Positions 9,373-19,129 are shown, counted from the stretch's first letter. The stretch is 64,000 bases of DNA from Trueperaceae bacterium (GCA_965213925.1 OZ243927.1:928001-992000), one strand, 5' to 3'. Numbers and translations are program-made. Notes: generated by a model not told the origin, from the sequence alone.

Positions 9373-9807
9373 TTATCGAACGTTCACTATACGCTCTACC
9401 GTGATGACCCCCTCTGCGGGTTCGCTCCGCCCCCGGATAACGACAGTCGCTGTTCCGGTTTGCTCGAAGCGCACAGTTCTGACGTGCTCGTAGGGTAGTA
9501 GTTCCGTGGTGCAAGCGCCACGTGTCTGTTCGTAGTCGTAAGGCGTCACCACAGCTTCCAAAGCACTTATATCTACATGAGTTTCTCCTTTTTCCACACA
9601 CCCGCCTCCGTATGTCGTGACACTTATCTGAAAATCACGGCCCCGCTCTATCTCTTCAGGAACCTGCACCTGTACAGGCTGACTACCATAAAGCTCGATG
9701 AGGCCGATCTTCCGGCTACGCCCCGTGAACAGACTGCAAGCGCTGAGTAGGATCATGAGGGCGGTTAGTGCAACTGCTAACTTGATAGGAGGTATGACTT
9801 TTCTCAT
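9373..9807 (-). CDS. Hypothetical lipoprotein (IS cargo)
   Basis: Lipobox LLSAC; beta-rich body with a Cys pair. Confidence 0.7.
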   Translation of the reverse strand: MRKVIPPIKLAVALTALMILLSACSLFTGRSRKIGLIELYGSQPVQVQVPEEIERGRDFQISVTTYGGGCVEKGETHVDISALEAVVTPYDYEQTRGACTTELLPYEHVRTVRFEQTGTATVVIRGRSEPAEGVITVERIVNVR

Positions 9808-10018
9808 TCTTTCTCCCTACTCGTCACCGAGATGACCCCAGAACCGAATTCCACGCTCTGAGGTCAAGAAACTTGTTGGTACATATCATTGAGGGCATGC
9901 CAACAGGCTGCATCGCACCCTTCCGCAGCTTACGGCGCATTGCCTCTCACGTACTAGAGATTCAACCCTTCGCCGAGTCGAGCAGGTTACCCGCTAGTAC
10001 TCCTCAGGTTGAATGCTG

Positions 10019-11344
10019 TCAGTCCACATCGAGGTTTCCTAGATCAGATTCTACACCTTGAAAGGAACTGAAGATGAAGTAAACTCTCTTACCCGTGATG
10101 GTAAACCTCCAATATCTCCCCCAAGCAATACCGTAAAGCGTGTCGATATCTCCGACAGACGAGGTTCTCAATACGGGTGAGCCACTATCTCCAGGCTCCT
10201 GATTGGCGCGAACGCGAGTTTGACAGAGGAGAATGACGTTCGAGTTGTCACGCTCAAAATTAGCGCAAGAGTTCGCTACAGCGCCCTCAGTATCGCCAGT
10301 TGTCCGCCCTACTTTGTGTAATCTTACCCCCACCCAATCAGAGTCCGGTAGACCGCCTTTGCTACCGTCTATCCGTTCGGTGCGATATATTTCGAGAGGG
10401 TCTGAGGTTGAGATACCCGCTCTCTGCTTCGTGACGGCGTATCTTCTCGAATTACTGATCGAGGGGCGGTACCTCACGAAGTTACTGTCGCTGTAGCGGC
10501 AGCGACTGCCCGAAGGACAACTCCCGCCTGTGAAGCCGCTGTAATCCCTAATTTCGTCGCTAATATAGTCGCCCCCCTGATAATACCGAGTGCTGTCGCG
10601 CGCATCGGTGCTGCTACTACAATGCGAGTTTGTGACGAAGCCGTAAGCGTTGAGGCTGTAGTGATAAGCGTTGAAACCTAAAGTGCAAGCGCCTCCACCT
10701 GCGGGGCTAGTTGCCACACCTCCTACAACCGGGCGCACCCTGTCATTCAGGGTAAGTGTAGACTCAACCTCGCCCACCTCGAAACCTACCGCCCCATCCG
10801 GTACATTCAGGTCAGCTAACTTTTCTCCAACTTTGACAGCTGTCTCTTCGCTCTCCACCCCGATCAAGACTCGGTTGTTTCGCTCATCAACATCCGTGAA
10901 GATGACGCCGGGATAAGAGAAGACGTGGTCGTCAGCCCTTCGTCGCCACTGCGCAAGGGTCGCGAAATCGTACTTCCCTTGAAGTACTTTGACCTCCCCT
11001 TTAGGGAGCCTCGGGCTCCAAAGCGGATGATCCCTATCTCGCGTAAGGAGGTTTGCGCCGAAGACGGCAGAAAGTGCCGCTTTAGCCTGCTCTTTCTTGG
11101 AGGAGTTCAGCAGATAAACGTTTATATCCCCGTTCTCGTCGTAGAAAGCACCCCCGAAACCGGGAACCTCTTGTGCTACCTCGACAAACTTTTTATCTAT
11201 GGACCAGGTCTCGCTCCCGGGAAGTATAGCTTGAGTGTCTAAATTCTTGGGTTCTGAATCGGCTGGAGAGGAACAACTGCTAATGACGAGAGTGAGAACG
11301 AGGAAGGTGATGAGAAGGCCTGCTCTTTTAGTAAACATGATCAC
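10019..11344 (-). CDS. Lipoprotein S1-family serine protease with pro-region (IS cargo)
   Basis: Lipobox VISSC; CTLGF, GFVTNSHC (His), KVGRTTG, PGDSGSP (Ser). Confidence 0.85.
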   Translation of the reverse strand: MIMFTKRAGLLITFLVLTLVISSCSSPADSEPKNLDTQAILPGSETWSIDKKFVEVAQEVPGFGGAFYDENGDINVYLLNSSKKEQAKAALSAVFGANLLTRDRDHPLWSPRLPKGEVKVLQGKYDFATLAQWRRRADDHVFSYPGVIFTDVDERNNRVLIGVESEETAVKVGEKLADLNVPDGAVGFEVGEVESTLTLNDRVRPVVGGVATSPAGGGACTLGFNAYHYSLNAYGFVTNSHCSSSTDARDSTRYYQGGDYISDEIRDYSGFTGGSCPSGSRCRYSDSNFVRYRPSISNSRRYAVTKQRAGISTSDPLEIYRTERIDGSKGGLPDSDWVGVRLHKVGRTTGDTEGAVANSCANFERDNSNVILLCQTRVRANQEPGDSGSPVLRTSSVGDIDTLYGIAWGRYWRFTITGKRVYFIFSSFQGVESDLGNLDVD

Positions 11345-11697
11345 GCTTCTTTCTGAGAATCAGCTTTTAGTCGGTGTGCCTATTCCTACCCGCTCGCCCC
11401 TTCCCCCATCAAAGCGTGCCCACTAAACCAAGACTGCGCCAGCACTATTGAACAGAAAGTTAAAGCCGGCTCTGAGGTTATTTGAGTTCTATGAGATTCT
11501 TGACGAAAGCTTGCGTCGCGTCTGTGAGATTTTTTACATCACGACATATTACACGCATCATTCTTATGACCTGACGCACCACTTTATTCGCCAACAGTAT
11601 CCATAGAGGAAGTATAACAACTTTCACAGAAGGCACGAACATTGAGGTCCGTAGCTACCGAAAAGTGGATTGCCTATACTAGCGGCGGAGGTCGATA

Positions 11698-12114
11698 ATG
11701 GTTGTTAAACAGATTCACCACTTCGCGCTTGTCGTTCAAGAATTGGAGGCGTCGGTTCGTTGGTACGAGGACATGCTGGGCTTTAGACTTGAGCGACGCT
11801 TTGGATTTCAAGAAGTCAACGTAGAAATTGCTCATGTCCTTACCCTGAACGGCGCACGTATAGAACTTATCGAGCAAGTAGGTTCTAAGCCGAGCCCAGA
11901 CGAGGGTCAGGATGCTTTTGGAGCACTCTACACACGCGGGGCAAAGCATATCGGTCTTTTGGTAGACGACATCGGAGCGGTAGCAGAAGAACTTAAAGCC
12001 AAGGGTGTTGAGGTAGTACATGAAGTCACCAAGGTTGAACCTGCTGGTGTAAGAAATTTCTGGATCAGAGACAATTCAGGTAATCTTTTGGAGTTAAACC
12101 AGTGGCTCGAGTAG
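11698..12114 (+). CDS. VOC/glyoxalase family protein
   Basis: IHHFALVV, RIELIE, KHIGLLVDD, RDNSGNLLEL. Confidence 0.85.
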   Translation: MVVKQIHHFALVVQELEASVRWYEDMLGFRLERRFGFQEVNVEIAHVLTLNGARIELIEQVGSKPSPDEGQDAFGALYTRGAKHIGLLVDDIGAVAEELKAKGVEVVHEVTKVEPAGVRNFWIRDNSGNLLELNQWLE

Positions 12115-12136
12115 CTCGCCTTCAACCTCTCGAGCG

Positions 12137-13198
12137 TCAGTTTCGACTAAATGCGACATACTCCTCCAATTTTTGCGCCGCCTTACCCTCCTCAATTAAC
12201 TCCGTCGCTAGCACGACACCTTCAGCAATCGTCGGCGCTTTATCCGCCAAGTAGAGCGCCGCGCCCGCGTTTAAGAGCACCACGTCACGCTTCGCGCCGT
12301 GCACCTCTCTACGTAAGATGCCGCGAATCATCACGGCGTTCTCCTCGGGCGTGCCGCCCATGATTTCGGCGCGGTCATACACGGCTAAGCCGACGCTTCT
12401 AGGATGGACGACGTAGCTTCTTAATGTCCCTTCTGTATCTAGCTCTGTTACCTTCGTCTCGCCGCACACGGTGAACTCATCAATTCCGTCACCGTAGACG
12501 ACTAAGGCGCGTTCTGTGCCGAGCCCGCCTAAGACTTGCGCAAGAGGTTCGGTGAGCGCAGGGTCATACACGCCCAAAAGCTGCCTGTTCGCCCCTGCTG
12601 GATTCGTAAGAGGTCCGAGCGAGTTGAAAATCGTGCGCGCTTTGAGGTTCGCGCGAATGGGCGCGACGAACTTCATGGCGGGGTGGTGAGCCCGGGCGTA
12701 GATAAACGCTAGCCCCACCTCGCGGATGCTCTCTGCCAAACGTTCGGGCGTCGCCTTCAAGTTGACGCCGAACGCCTCCAGCACGTCCGCCGCCCCCGAC
12801 TTGCGCGTCACCGCGCGGTTGCCGTGCTTAGCAACCCTCACGCCGCCTGCCGCCACCACAAAGAGGCTCGCCGTGCTGACGTTAATCGTGCTGACGCCCG
12901 TGCCGCCCGTGCCGCAGGTGTCGAGAAGAGGTCCGTCTACGTCTACCGAAACTTTGATAGCGCGTTCACGCATCGCTTTAGCGAAACCGATGATCTCATC
13001 TACCGTTTCACCTCTTGTGCGCAGAGCAGCTAAGAGCGCAGCGGCTTGCATCTGAGATAGTTCGCCGTCCATAAGCTGCCCCATGACCTCTTCGGCGCGG
13101 TCTTGTCCTAACGTTTTGCCTTCGAAGACATCGGTGAGCAGGGGGGCGATGTCAAAGTCGGTATTAGCTTGGGTTGTGTCCACCTTGAATTCCTCCAA
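12137..13198 (-). CDS. trpD: Anthranilate phosphoribosyltransferase
   Basis: DTCGTGG, NVST, KHGNR and RTIFNSLGPLTNPA. Confidence 0.95.
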   Translation of the reverse strand: MEEFKVDTTQANTDFDIAPLLTDVFEGKTLGQDRAEEVMGQLMDGELSQMQAAALLAALRTRGETVDEIIGFAKAMRERAIKVSVDVDGPLLDTCGTGGTGVSTINVSTASLFVVAAGGVRVAKHGNRAVTRKSGAADVLEAFGVNLKATPERLAESIREVGLAFIYARAHHPAMKFVAPIRANLKARTIFNSLGPLTNPAGANRQLLGVYDPALTEPLAQVLGGLGTERALVVYGDGIDEFTVCGETKVTELDTEGTLRSYVVHPRSVGLAVYDRAEIMGGTPEENAVMIRGILRREVHGAKRDVVLLNAGAALYLADKAPTIAEGVVLATELIEEGKAAQKLEEYVAFSRN

Positions 13199-13255
13199 GT
13201 TTATCGTGTGATGATTAAGGGCTCGAGTCTCAAGAATATACCCCGCTTGGACCGG

Positions 13256-13642
13256 TCAAACCTCAACCTTGTACGGAAGGTCTAGCTCGTCACCTGGCAC
13301 GCCGCGAATGCCCCAATTGTGCCTAGGCGTTTCGAAAATCGTGATTTCTACGTCATTTTCCGCGATACCTAACGCGCTGCACCTCTCGAAAAGCAGTCGG
13401 ATAAGCCGCTTTTTCACCTCTTTTGAGCGTCCTCCAAACATGCTGACCTCAAGAATCGTGTACCTCTTTGTACGGTTAGATGGATAGATGAAGTCTTTGG
13501 GCCCCAACCCCACAAACCGCTGAAACCTCTTGTCAGCAGGCAACCCCAGAGCGTCCACCAAGCAACTATGAATCACGTCAGAAAGCTCAGCCCTAACCTC
13601 TTCTAAATGACCTCTTAGTCCGTAGACTTTGACCTGCGCCAT
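13256..13642 (-). CDS. Tautomerase family protein
   Basis: MAQVKVYG, DKRFQRF, GRSKEVKK, NWGIRGVPG. Confidence 0.8.
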   Translation of the reverse strand: MAQVKVYGLRGHLEEVRAELSDVIHSCLVDALGLPADKRFQRFVGLGPKDFIYPSNRTKRYTILEVSMFGGRSKEVKKRLIRLLFERCSALGIAENDVEITIFETPRHNWGIRGVPGDELDLPYKVEV

Positions 13643-14293
13643 CTACGTCTTGCGCGTATCCGCGAACGCCGTGCCGATGCCCAGTGCGATAAAAACTGTT
13701 CCCGTAAACCAGCGTTGCGCTTGCCAAAAGACCGTCTTCGCCTTGAGCCAGTTTCCTAAAGCGCCTGCGAGCAGTGCAACAGCAATGTCCACGAGTGCGC
13801 CGTTCACGACAAAAAGGAGACCGAGCAGGAGAATTTGTACCCCTACCGCGCCGCTCCCCGGATTGACAAACTGTGGCAAGAAGGCGAGGAAGAAGAGCGC
13901 GATTTTGGGGTTCAAGACGTTCGTAATCATGCCCTGATAGTAGATTTTATAGGAGGTCGCGCGGGACAGCTCGAGCTTCTCCACCTCTTCCTCACGGCTC
14001 AGCAGCGTGCGCACGCCCAGGTAGATGAGGTACGCTGCGCCCAAATACTTCACCACGCTAAACGCTACCGCCGATGATGCGAGCAGTGCTGACAATCCGA
14101 GCACCGCCGCCGCAATGTGGACGATGACACCCGTGTAGATTCCAAGAATCGAAACTAGCCCTGCCCCGCGTCCCTGTCCGACGCTCCGCGCGATGATATA
14201 GAGCATGTCCGGTCCGGGGGTGATGCTGAGGAGCAGCGCGGCGGCTGAGAAGACGAGGATGGTGGTGAGGTCTAGCATCAGTTTTCCGTCCAA
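13643..14293 (-). CDS. LysE/RhtB family exporter
   Basis: ITPGPD, KYLGAAYLIYLG, NVLNPKIALFF. Confidence 0.9.
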   Translation of the reverse strand: MDGKLMLDLTTILVFSAAALLLSITPGPDMLYIIARSVGQGRGAGLVSILGIYTGVIVHIAAAVLGLSALLASSAVAFSVVKYLGAAYLIYLGVRTLLSREEEVEKLELSRATSYKIYYQGMITNVLNPKIALFFLAFLPQFVNPGSGAVGVQILLLGLLFVVNGALVDIAVALLAGALGNWLKAKTVFWQAQRWFTGTVFIALGIGTAFADTRKT

Positions 14294-14811
14294 TCTAGGT
14301 GTACGCCGTGTTGCGCTAGAAAGGGGTCTAAATGACAGTCATGCTCACCGAGACCGTTAACGAGCCAATGGGTGCGTTCTAAGGTCAAATCGCGCTCACC
14401 GGGGAGGAAGTGTCCGGCGTCTATAGCTTGCAAATATTCGTCTGTGTCAATAACCCTAGCCCATTTGCCCTCGAGTACGAGCACATCAAGATAGAGGTCT
14501 CTGAGCGTCCAAACCTCTCTATTCTGCTCAACCTCTCCGATGATGTCAACGTAGTAGTCGTAAGCGCCGTAAGGATGATTGCCACTGCGCCAGTTGAAGC
14601 GTGTGACTTGTAAGTTGAGCGAGGGGATTACTTGAGAGATATGACGAGTTACATGCTTGTTGTCGGGCGTCGGGTGTGCGTAGAGGACTCCGTGAGGGTG
14701 GGCTCGAGCGGTCTCCAAGTCATACCGCTCGATCTCTCCACCTTTATCCCGCACTTTTGTCTTTGTATCCAAATTAAGCGTAACCACCGTCACCGGATGA
14801 ATCACTTGCAA
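14278..14811 (-). CDS. DUF402 family protein
   Basis: YYVDI, RDLYLDVLV, DTDEY acidic motifs. Confidence 0.75.
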   Translation of the reverse strand: MQVIHPVTVVTLNLDTKTKVRDKGGEIERYDLETARAHPHGVLYAHPTPDNKHVTRHISQVIPSLNLQVTRFNWRSGNHPYGAYDYYVDIIGEVEQNREVWTLRDLYLDVLVLEGKWARVIDTDEYLQAIDAGHFLPGERDLTLERTHWLVNGLGEHDCHLDPFLAQHGVHLDWTEN

Positions 14812-15377
14812 ACGTCCAAGAAGTTCTGGAGCATCTGCTTACCCGTATCTGTCAAGATGCTTTCAGGGTGAAACTGCACGCCCCACACCGGATAGGTCTT
14901 GTGCCTAAGCCCCATAATGACCTCTTCGCCGTCGTCGTTCACCCAGGCGTTCGCCTCCAAAACATCGGGCAAATCTCTGACAATCAGCGAGTGATAGCGC
15001 GTCGCTGTCACGCTCTCGCCTAAATCCTTAAAGGACGCCGTCCCGTCATGACGAATCTCGCTCGTTTTGCCGTGCATGATTTTAGGGGCGCGTACCACCT
15101 GTGCGCCGTAGGCTTGCCCGATGCTCTGATGCCCTAAGCACACGCCGAAGATAGGCGTTTTTTCTCCGTAGCGCTTGATGACCTCGACGGAGTGACCGGC
15201 TTCAGTCGGCGTGCAAGGACCGGGGGAGACGACGATGCCGTCGGGATTAAGGTCGTCAATGTCCTCTAAGCTGAACTGGTCGTTGCGCCAGACCGTCGGG
15301 GTGACGCCGAGTTCGCCTAAGTACTGAACCAAGTTGTAGGTAAATGAGTCGTAGTTGTCAATCACAAGAATGTTCAC
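14802..15377 (-). CDS. trpG: Anthranilate synthase component II (glutamine amidotransferase)
   Basis: IDNYDSFTYNL, SPGP, GVCLGHQ, QFHPES. Confidence 0.93.
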   Translation of the reverse strand: MNILVIDNYDSFTYNLVQYLGELGVTPTVWRNDQFSLEDIDDLNPDGIVVSPGPCTPTEAGHSVEVIKRYGEKTPIFGVCLGHQSIGQAYGAQVVRAPKIMHGKTSEIRHDGTASFKDLGESVTATRYHSLIVRDLPDVLEANAWVNDDGEEVIMGLRHKTYPVWGVQFHPESILTDTGKQMLQNFLDVCK

Positions 15378-15402
15378 GGTAGACCTCTTCTAAAGGTAGA
15401 AA

Positions 15403-15999
15403 CTATTTGTACCTTGTGCCAAGGGCGTAGACCTTCTCGAGCCACCGCTCCCGAAAGGCGTCCGAGGAGAGCCGAATCGGTCCGATGAAGGTACTTCTCA
15501 CCGGACGGACGCCGCAAAACTCAAATAGGAGCCCTTTAAGCATGTGATAGCTGGGGCGGTTGTATCTGAGCCAGTAGAACCAGGCGGGCTGATCTGCTGT
15601 TGCGATGATGCGTGCGGAGCGTCCCGTGAGCAATTTATCCCAGCGAATCTTCGAGCCTTCGTGCTTTCTGAACGCGAAACCCGGCAAAAAGACTCTATCC
15701 AGAAAACCTTTGAGGAGCGCCGGGACTGAGCCCCACCACACGGGGTGGATGACGACGATATGGTCTGACCACTTAATGAGTCTCTGCGCCTCGAGTAGGT
15801 CGGGCTCTAGCTCAGTACGCTTCCTGTAGCCGTAGCGCAAGTTCGGGTTGAAGTTCAACTCAGCGACGACGACCTCTTCTACCTCCGCACCGCTGGATAA
15901 GGCTCCCCGCTTATACGCCTCAGCGAGCGCGAAGCAGTAGCTTTCGGGGTCAGGGTGTCCTTGGATGAGGAGCACCTTAGTCTGCTGCTCGTTGCTCAT
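15403..15999 (-). CDS. NAD(P)H-dependent oxidoreductase (flavodoxin-like, KefF/MdaB type)
   Basis: GHPDPES and PVWWGSVPALLKGFLDR. Start set at MSNEQ (15999). Confidence 0.85.
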   Translation of the reverse strand: MSNEQQTKVLLIQGHPDPESYCFALAEAYKRGALSSGAEVEEVVVAELNFNPNLRYGYRKRTELEPDLLEAQRLIKWSDHIVVIHPVWWGSVPALLKGFLDRVFLPGFAFRKHEGSKIRWDKLLTGRSARIIATADQPAWFYWLRYNRPSYHMLKGLLFEFCGVRPVRSTFIGPIRLSSDAFRERWLEKVYALGTRYK

Positions 16000-16465
16000 G
16001 GTTGACCGCGCGTAGATTGAGAACGAAATTAGCGGCGTTGGGGCGTTCTTGCCAGCCTCTTTTACTGTAGTACGCCCGCTCATATGAGGTCTTGTTGCGC
16101 ATGTTGAGAAGGGACAACCTTGCGCAGCCTCGAGCCTTACCCTCTTGGATAATACAACTAAGTAAAGAGGTGCCTAGACCCCTCGAGCGTTCCTCAGGAT
16201 GCACAAAAAGCTCCGAGACAAAGCCTTCACCGTCTGCGTGGAGAAGTGTGGGCTGCCAGTGAGCACTGATGTACGCGGTCAACCTCTCTTTCTCAGTTGC
16301 AACGAGAAGGGTATGCTCTGCGCTTCGGGTGATGTGCGCCAACTGCTTTTTGACTCTTGCCAGCGTCACTTCAAAAGACTCTGCGGCGATGGTAGACAGA
16401 CTTTCTAGCGCGTGGAGCGAAGAGGTCAACCCTACGGCATCCTCTTCTCGGCAAGGGCGAATCAC
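15977..16465 (-). CDS. GNAT acetyltransferase
   Basis: ELFVHPEERSRGLGTSLL motif A. Confidence 0.8.
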   Translation of the reverse strand: MIRPCREEDAVGLTSSLHALESLSTIAAESFEVTLARVKKQLAHITRSAEHTLLVATEKERLTAYISAHWQPTLLHADGEGFVSELFVHPEERSRGLGTSLLSCIIQEGKARGCARLSLLNMRNKTSYERAYYSKRGWQERPNAANFVLNLRAVNHEQRAAD

Positions 16466-17895
16466 GCTAGACCTTCTGTAGCGAGTTCCACCGCCCGCAC
16501 GAGCGCCGCCAATTTATTTACCGACTCCTGATATTCAAACTCGGGGTCGGAATCCGCGACGATGCCGCCGCCCGCTTGCAAGTGAAGTTTGCCGTTCGCA
16601 ATCACCGCCGTTCGCAGCGTCAGCGCCATGTCCATCGCACCGGAAACGCTCAAGTAGCCGAACGCGCCCGCGTAGGGTCCGCGCCTGACAGGTTCTAACT
16701 CGTCGATAATCTCCATCGCCCGAATCTTAGGCGCACCCGACGCCGTGCCCATCGGTAGCGTACTCGCGAGTGCGTCTAGCGGCGTCTTTCCTTCTGCAAG
16801 TAACCCTGTCACCTCCGAAACGATGTGCATCACGTGGCTATAACGTTCAATCCGCATGAGGTCAGTGACCTGAACGCTGCCGAACTCACACACGCGTCCT
16901 AAATCGTTGCGCCCTAAATCCACGAGCATGATGTGTTCGGCGCGTTCCTTTTCGTCGGCGAGGAGTTCGGCGGCTAAAGCGGCATCCTCTGCGGCATCGT
17001 TGCCGCGTTTTCTCGTACCTGCAATCGGCAGTGTGTCTACGCGCCTGCCGTCGCTGCGCACTAGGCTCTCGGGGCTGCTCGAGACCAGCGTCACCGGACC
17101 CAAATCGAGATAGCCAAGATACGGACTCGGGTTGACCGTCCTCAAAGCGCGGTAGAGCGCGAAAGGATGAACGCCTAAGTCTGAGGTGAGACGCTGACTC
17201 GGCACAACTTGGAAGATGTCGCCTGCGCGGATGTATTCAACCGCTTTGGAAACAGCGGCTTTGAAACCCTCTTGCGTGAAGTTGCTCTTAAACTCTGTTC
17301 GTATGCCTGCTCTGTCCCCCGGCACACCCGGTAGCGGTCCGCGCAACCTTGTGTAGAGGCGGTCAACCAAAGCCCTTGCCCGCACCTCATCCGCTTCATC
17401 CTCCACCTCCGTAGGCGCGACGATGAAGATACGCCGCTTGAGGTGGTCGAAGATGATGAGCGCTTCGGGCTCAATGAACAAGAGGTCGGGGATGTTCAGT
17501 TCGTCGGGGTTATTGTCCGGGAGCGTTTCGTAGCGCCGAATGAGGTCGTAGCTCGCGTAGCCGACTGCGCCCGCCCAGAAGTCGGGCAGGTTAGGGTCGG
17601 GCACGGCGTCTTTAACCGTCAAATCCCAGAGGACGCGCAAGGGGTCATCCGATGAAAACGTCTCTGCGCCCTGCGCCGTGGTGACGGTAAGATGTTCGCC
17701 CCTCGCCTCAATCCTGCGCCTTTCGCCCGTGCCAATAAACGAATACCGCGCGACGCGCTCGCCCTGCTCGACACTTTCTAATAAAAACGATGGATGCCCC
17801 GCTACCTTGAGATAAGCGGTTAAGGGCGTTTCCAAATCGGCTAAAACTTCTCTGTAGATAGGTTTTACGTTTGTGCGGACGTCGGCAAGTGTCAC
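16462..17895 (-). CDS. trpE: Anthranilate synthase component I
   Basis: FLLES, GDIFQVV, NPSPY, PIAGT, EHIMLVDLGRND, SGAPKIRAM. Confidence 0.95.
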   Translation of the reverse strand: MTLADVRTNVKPIYREVLADLETPLTAYLKVAGHPSFLLESVEQGERVARYSFIGTGERRRIEARGEHLTVTTAQGAETFSSDDPLRVLWDLTVKDAVPDPNLPDFWAGAVGYASYDLIRRYETLPDNNPDELNIPDLLFIEPEALIIFDHLKRRIFIVAPTEVEDEADEVRARALVDRLYTRLRGPLPGVPGDRAGIRTEFKSNFTQEGFKAAVSKAVEYIRAGDIFQVVPSQRLTSDLGVHPFALYRALRTVNPSPYLGYLDLGPVTLVSSSPESLVRSDGRRVDTLPIAGTRKRGNDAAEDAALAAELLADEKERAEHIMLVDLGRNDLGRVCEFGSVQVTDLMRIERYSHVMHIVSEVTGLLAEGKTPLDALASTLPMGTASGAPKIRAMEIIDELEPVRRGPYAGAFGYLSVSGAMDMALTLRTAVIANGKLHLQAGGGIVADSDPEFEYQESVNKLAALVRAVELATEGLA

Positions 17896-18049
17896 AGTTG
17901 TTCCTCGTTATTCCTGGAATAGAGCCCAAACTTTGTCCAAATGGACGAAATCTAAAGGTGTCCCAAATTGTGCGTTTATAGTGAAGTTCGTTTTGCGTTC
18001 CCAAAGCATGTTTTAGAGAACAAGACACAATTTGTGGTACACCGTCAAT

Positions 18050-18100
18050 CTAACAGCGACGCCATCGCCTATGCTCGAGCTGCCAGGAAAGCGAGTACAT
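18050..18100 (-). CDS. trpL: Putative leaderless trp leader peptide MYSLSWQLEHRRWRRC
   Basis: 16-aa ORF with 2 Trp codons ending ~155 nt upstream of trpE; TATACT (18107-18112) lies 6 nt before its ATG. Confidence 0.55.
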   Translation of the reverse strand: MYSLSWQLEHRRWRRC

Positions 18101-18145
18101 AAGGAAAGTATACCTCTTCGAAAGCCTAAAAGGTATATGTGAATT

Positions 18146-19129
18146 TTAGCGAGCCCAAGCCAACTCGCTGATAACCGGATAGTGATCCGAGTCGAAACGT
18201 TTTCCTCTCAAACTTTTGACAGCAATGAGCGCGGGCGAATGCCATATGTAATCGATGCGTAGAAAGGGGAGGCTGGTGTGCCAACTGAACCCGAAGCCTC
18301 GAGCGCTTTCACGGTAGCTGTCTTGCATCACGGCGGCGAGTTCGCTGTAGACGGGCGAGTACTCGCTCAAGTTGAAGTCCCCTGCGACGATGTGGGGGAG
18401 AGGTTCAGCCTCGAGTTCCTCCAACAGCGTCCGAATCTGCGCGTTGCGTACCCGCTCGTCGTACCGTGCCCCGAGAAGCTGCCCTAGCGTACTCTCTACC
18501 GGGCGTAAGTTTAGAGGGAGCAAGAGGTGAATGTTGTACACGGCGAGTTCGCGTCCGTCTACTTCTACCACTAGCCGCTGAGCCTCCCAACCTCCGCCTA
18601 ATGAAATATTGCGTTCAGCCAGAACGGGATATTTAGATAGGACTGCGTTACCCCGCCGTTCGCCGCCATAAACGAGGCTGTAGTGCTCTGTTATCTCCAA
18701 CTCTTGAAGCTCGCTCAGACTTGGCGTCTCCTGGACGAGTACGAGGTCTGTACCGTATGTGTTGACTGCATCCTCTAAAGCTGCAGGGTTGACGATCGTG
18801 TTAAAGGTCATGACCGAAATACCAGCGGAGATGTTTGCGCTAGGAGAATTGTGAGTGAAGAGAGGTGCAAACAGCCACAGCGCCAGCGCAGTGACGAGCA
18901 CAGACCCCAACATCAACCTCTTACGTCTGACGACAAACCCAAAAACGCCGATGGGCAGCGCCGCTAGGTAGAGCACAGGCAGCACGGTGAGTAAAAGCCC
19001 CGGTATTGCCCACCAGCCGTAAGCGTCGCTAAAAGGTTGTATGAGGGTGATGACGCTGAGGATGGCTAAAGCGAAGAGGTACGAGCAGAGGAAACTGAGG
19101 AGGGGCTCGAGGCGAGACCAGAACTTCAT
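18146..19129 (-). CDS. Membrane-anchored endonuclease/exonuclease/phosphatase family protein
   Basis: N-terminal TM helices; VMTFN, LVQE, AGDFN, RIDYI, SDH. Confidence 0.88.
   Translation of the reverse strand: MKFWSRLEPLLSFLCSYLFALAILSVITLIQPFSDAYGWWAIPGLLLTVLPVLYLAALPIGVFGFVVRRKRLMLGSVLVTALALWLFAPLFTHNSPSANISAGISVMTFNTIVNPAALEDAVNTYGTDLVLVQETPSLSELQELEITEHYSLVYGGERRGNAVLSKYPVLAERNISLGGGWEAQRLVVEVDGRELAVYNIHLLLPLNLRPVESTLGQLLGARYDERVRNAQIRTLLEELEAEPLPHIVAGDFNLSEYSPVYSELAAVMQDSYRESARGFGFSWHTSLPFLRIDYIWHSPALIAVKSLRGKRFDSDHYPVISELAWAR

Larger units (their letters stand above)
7666..11602 (-). mobile_element. IS1182-family element carrying passenger genes (transporter-IS)
   Basis: Perfect 16-bp TIRs GGATACTGTTGGCGAA (7666-7681) / TTCGCCAACAGTATCC (11587-11602). 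Direct repeat ATAGA at 7661-7665 and 11603-11607, within CCATAGAGGA on both sides. Confidence 0.85.
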
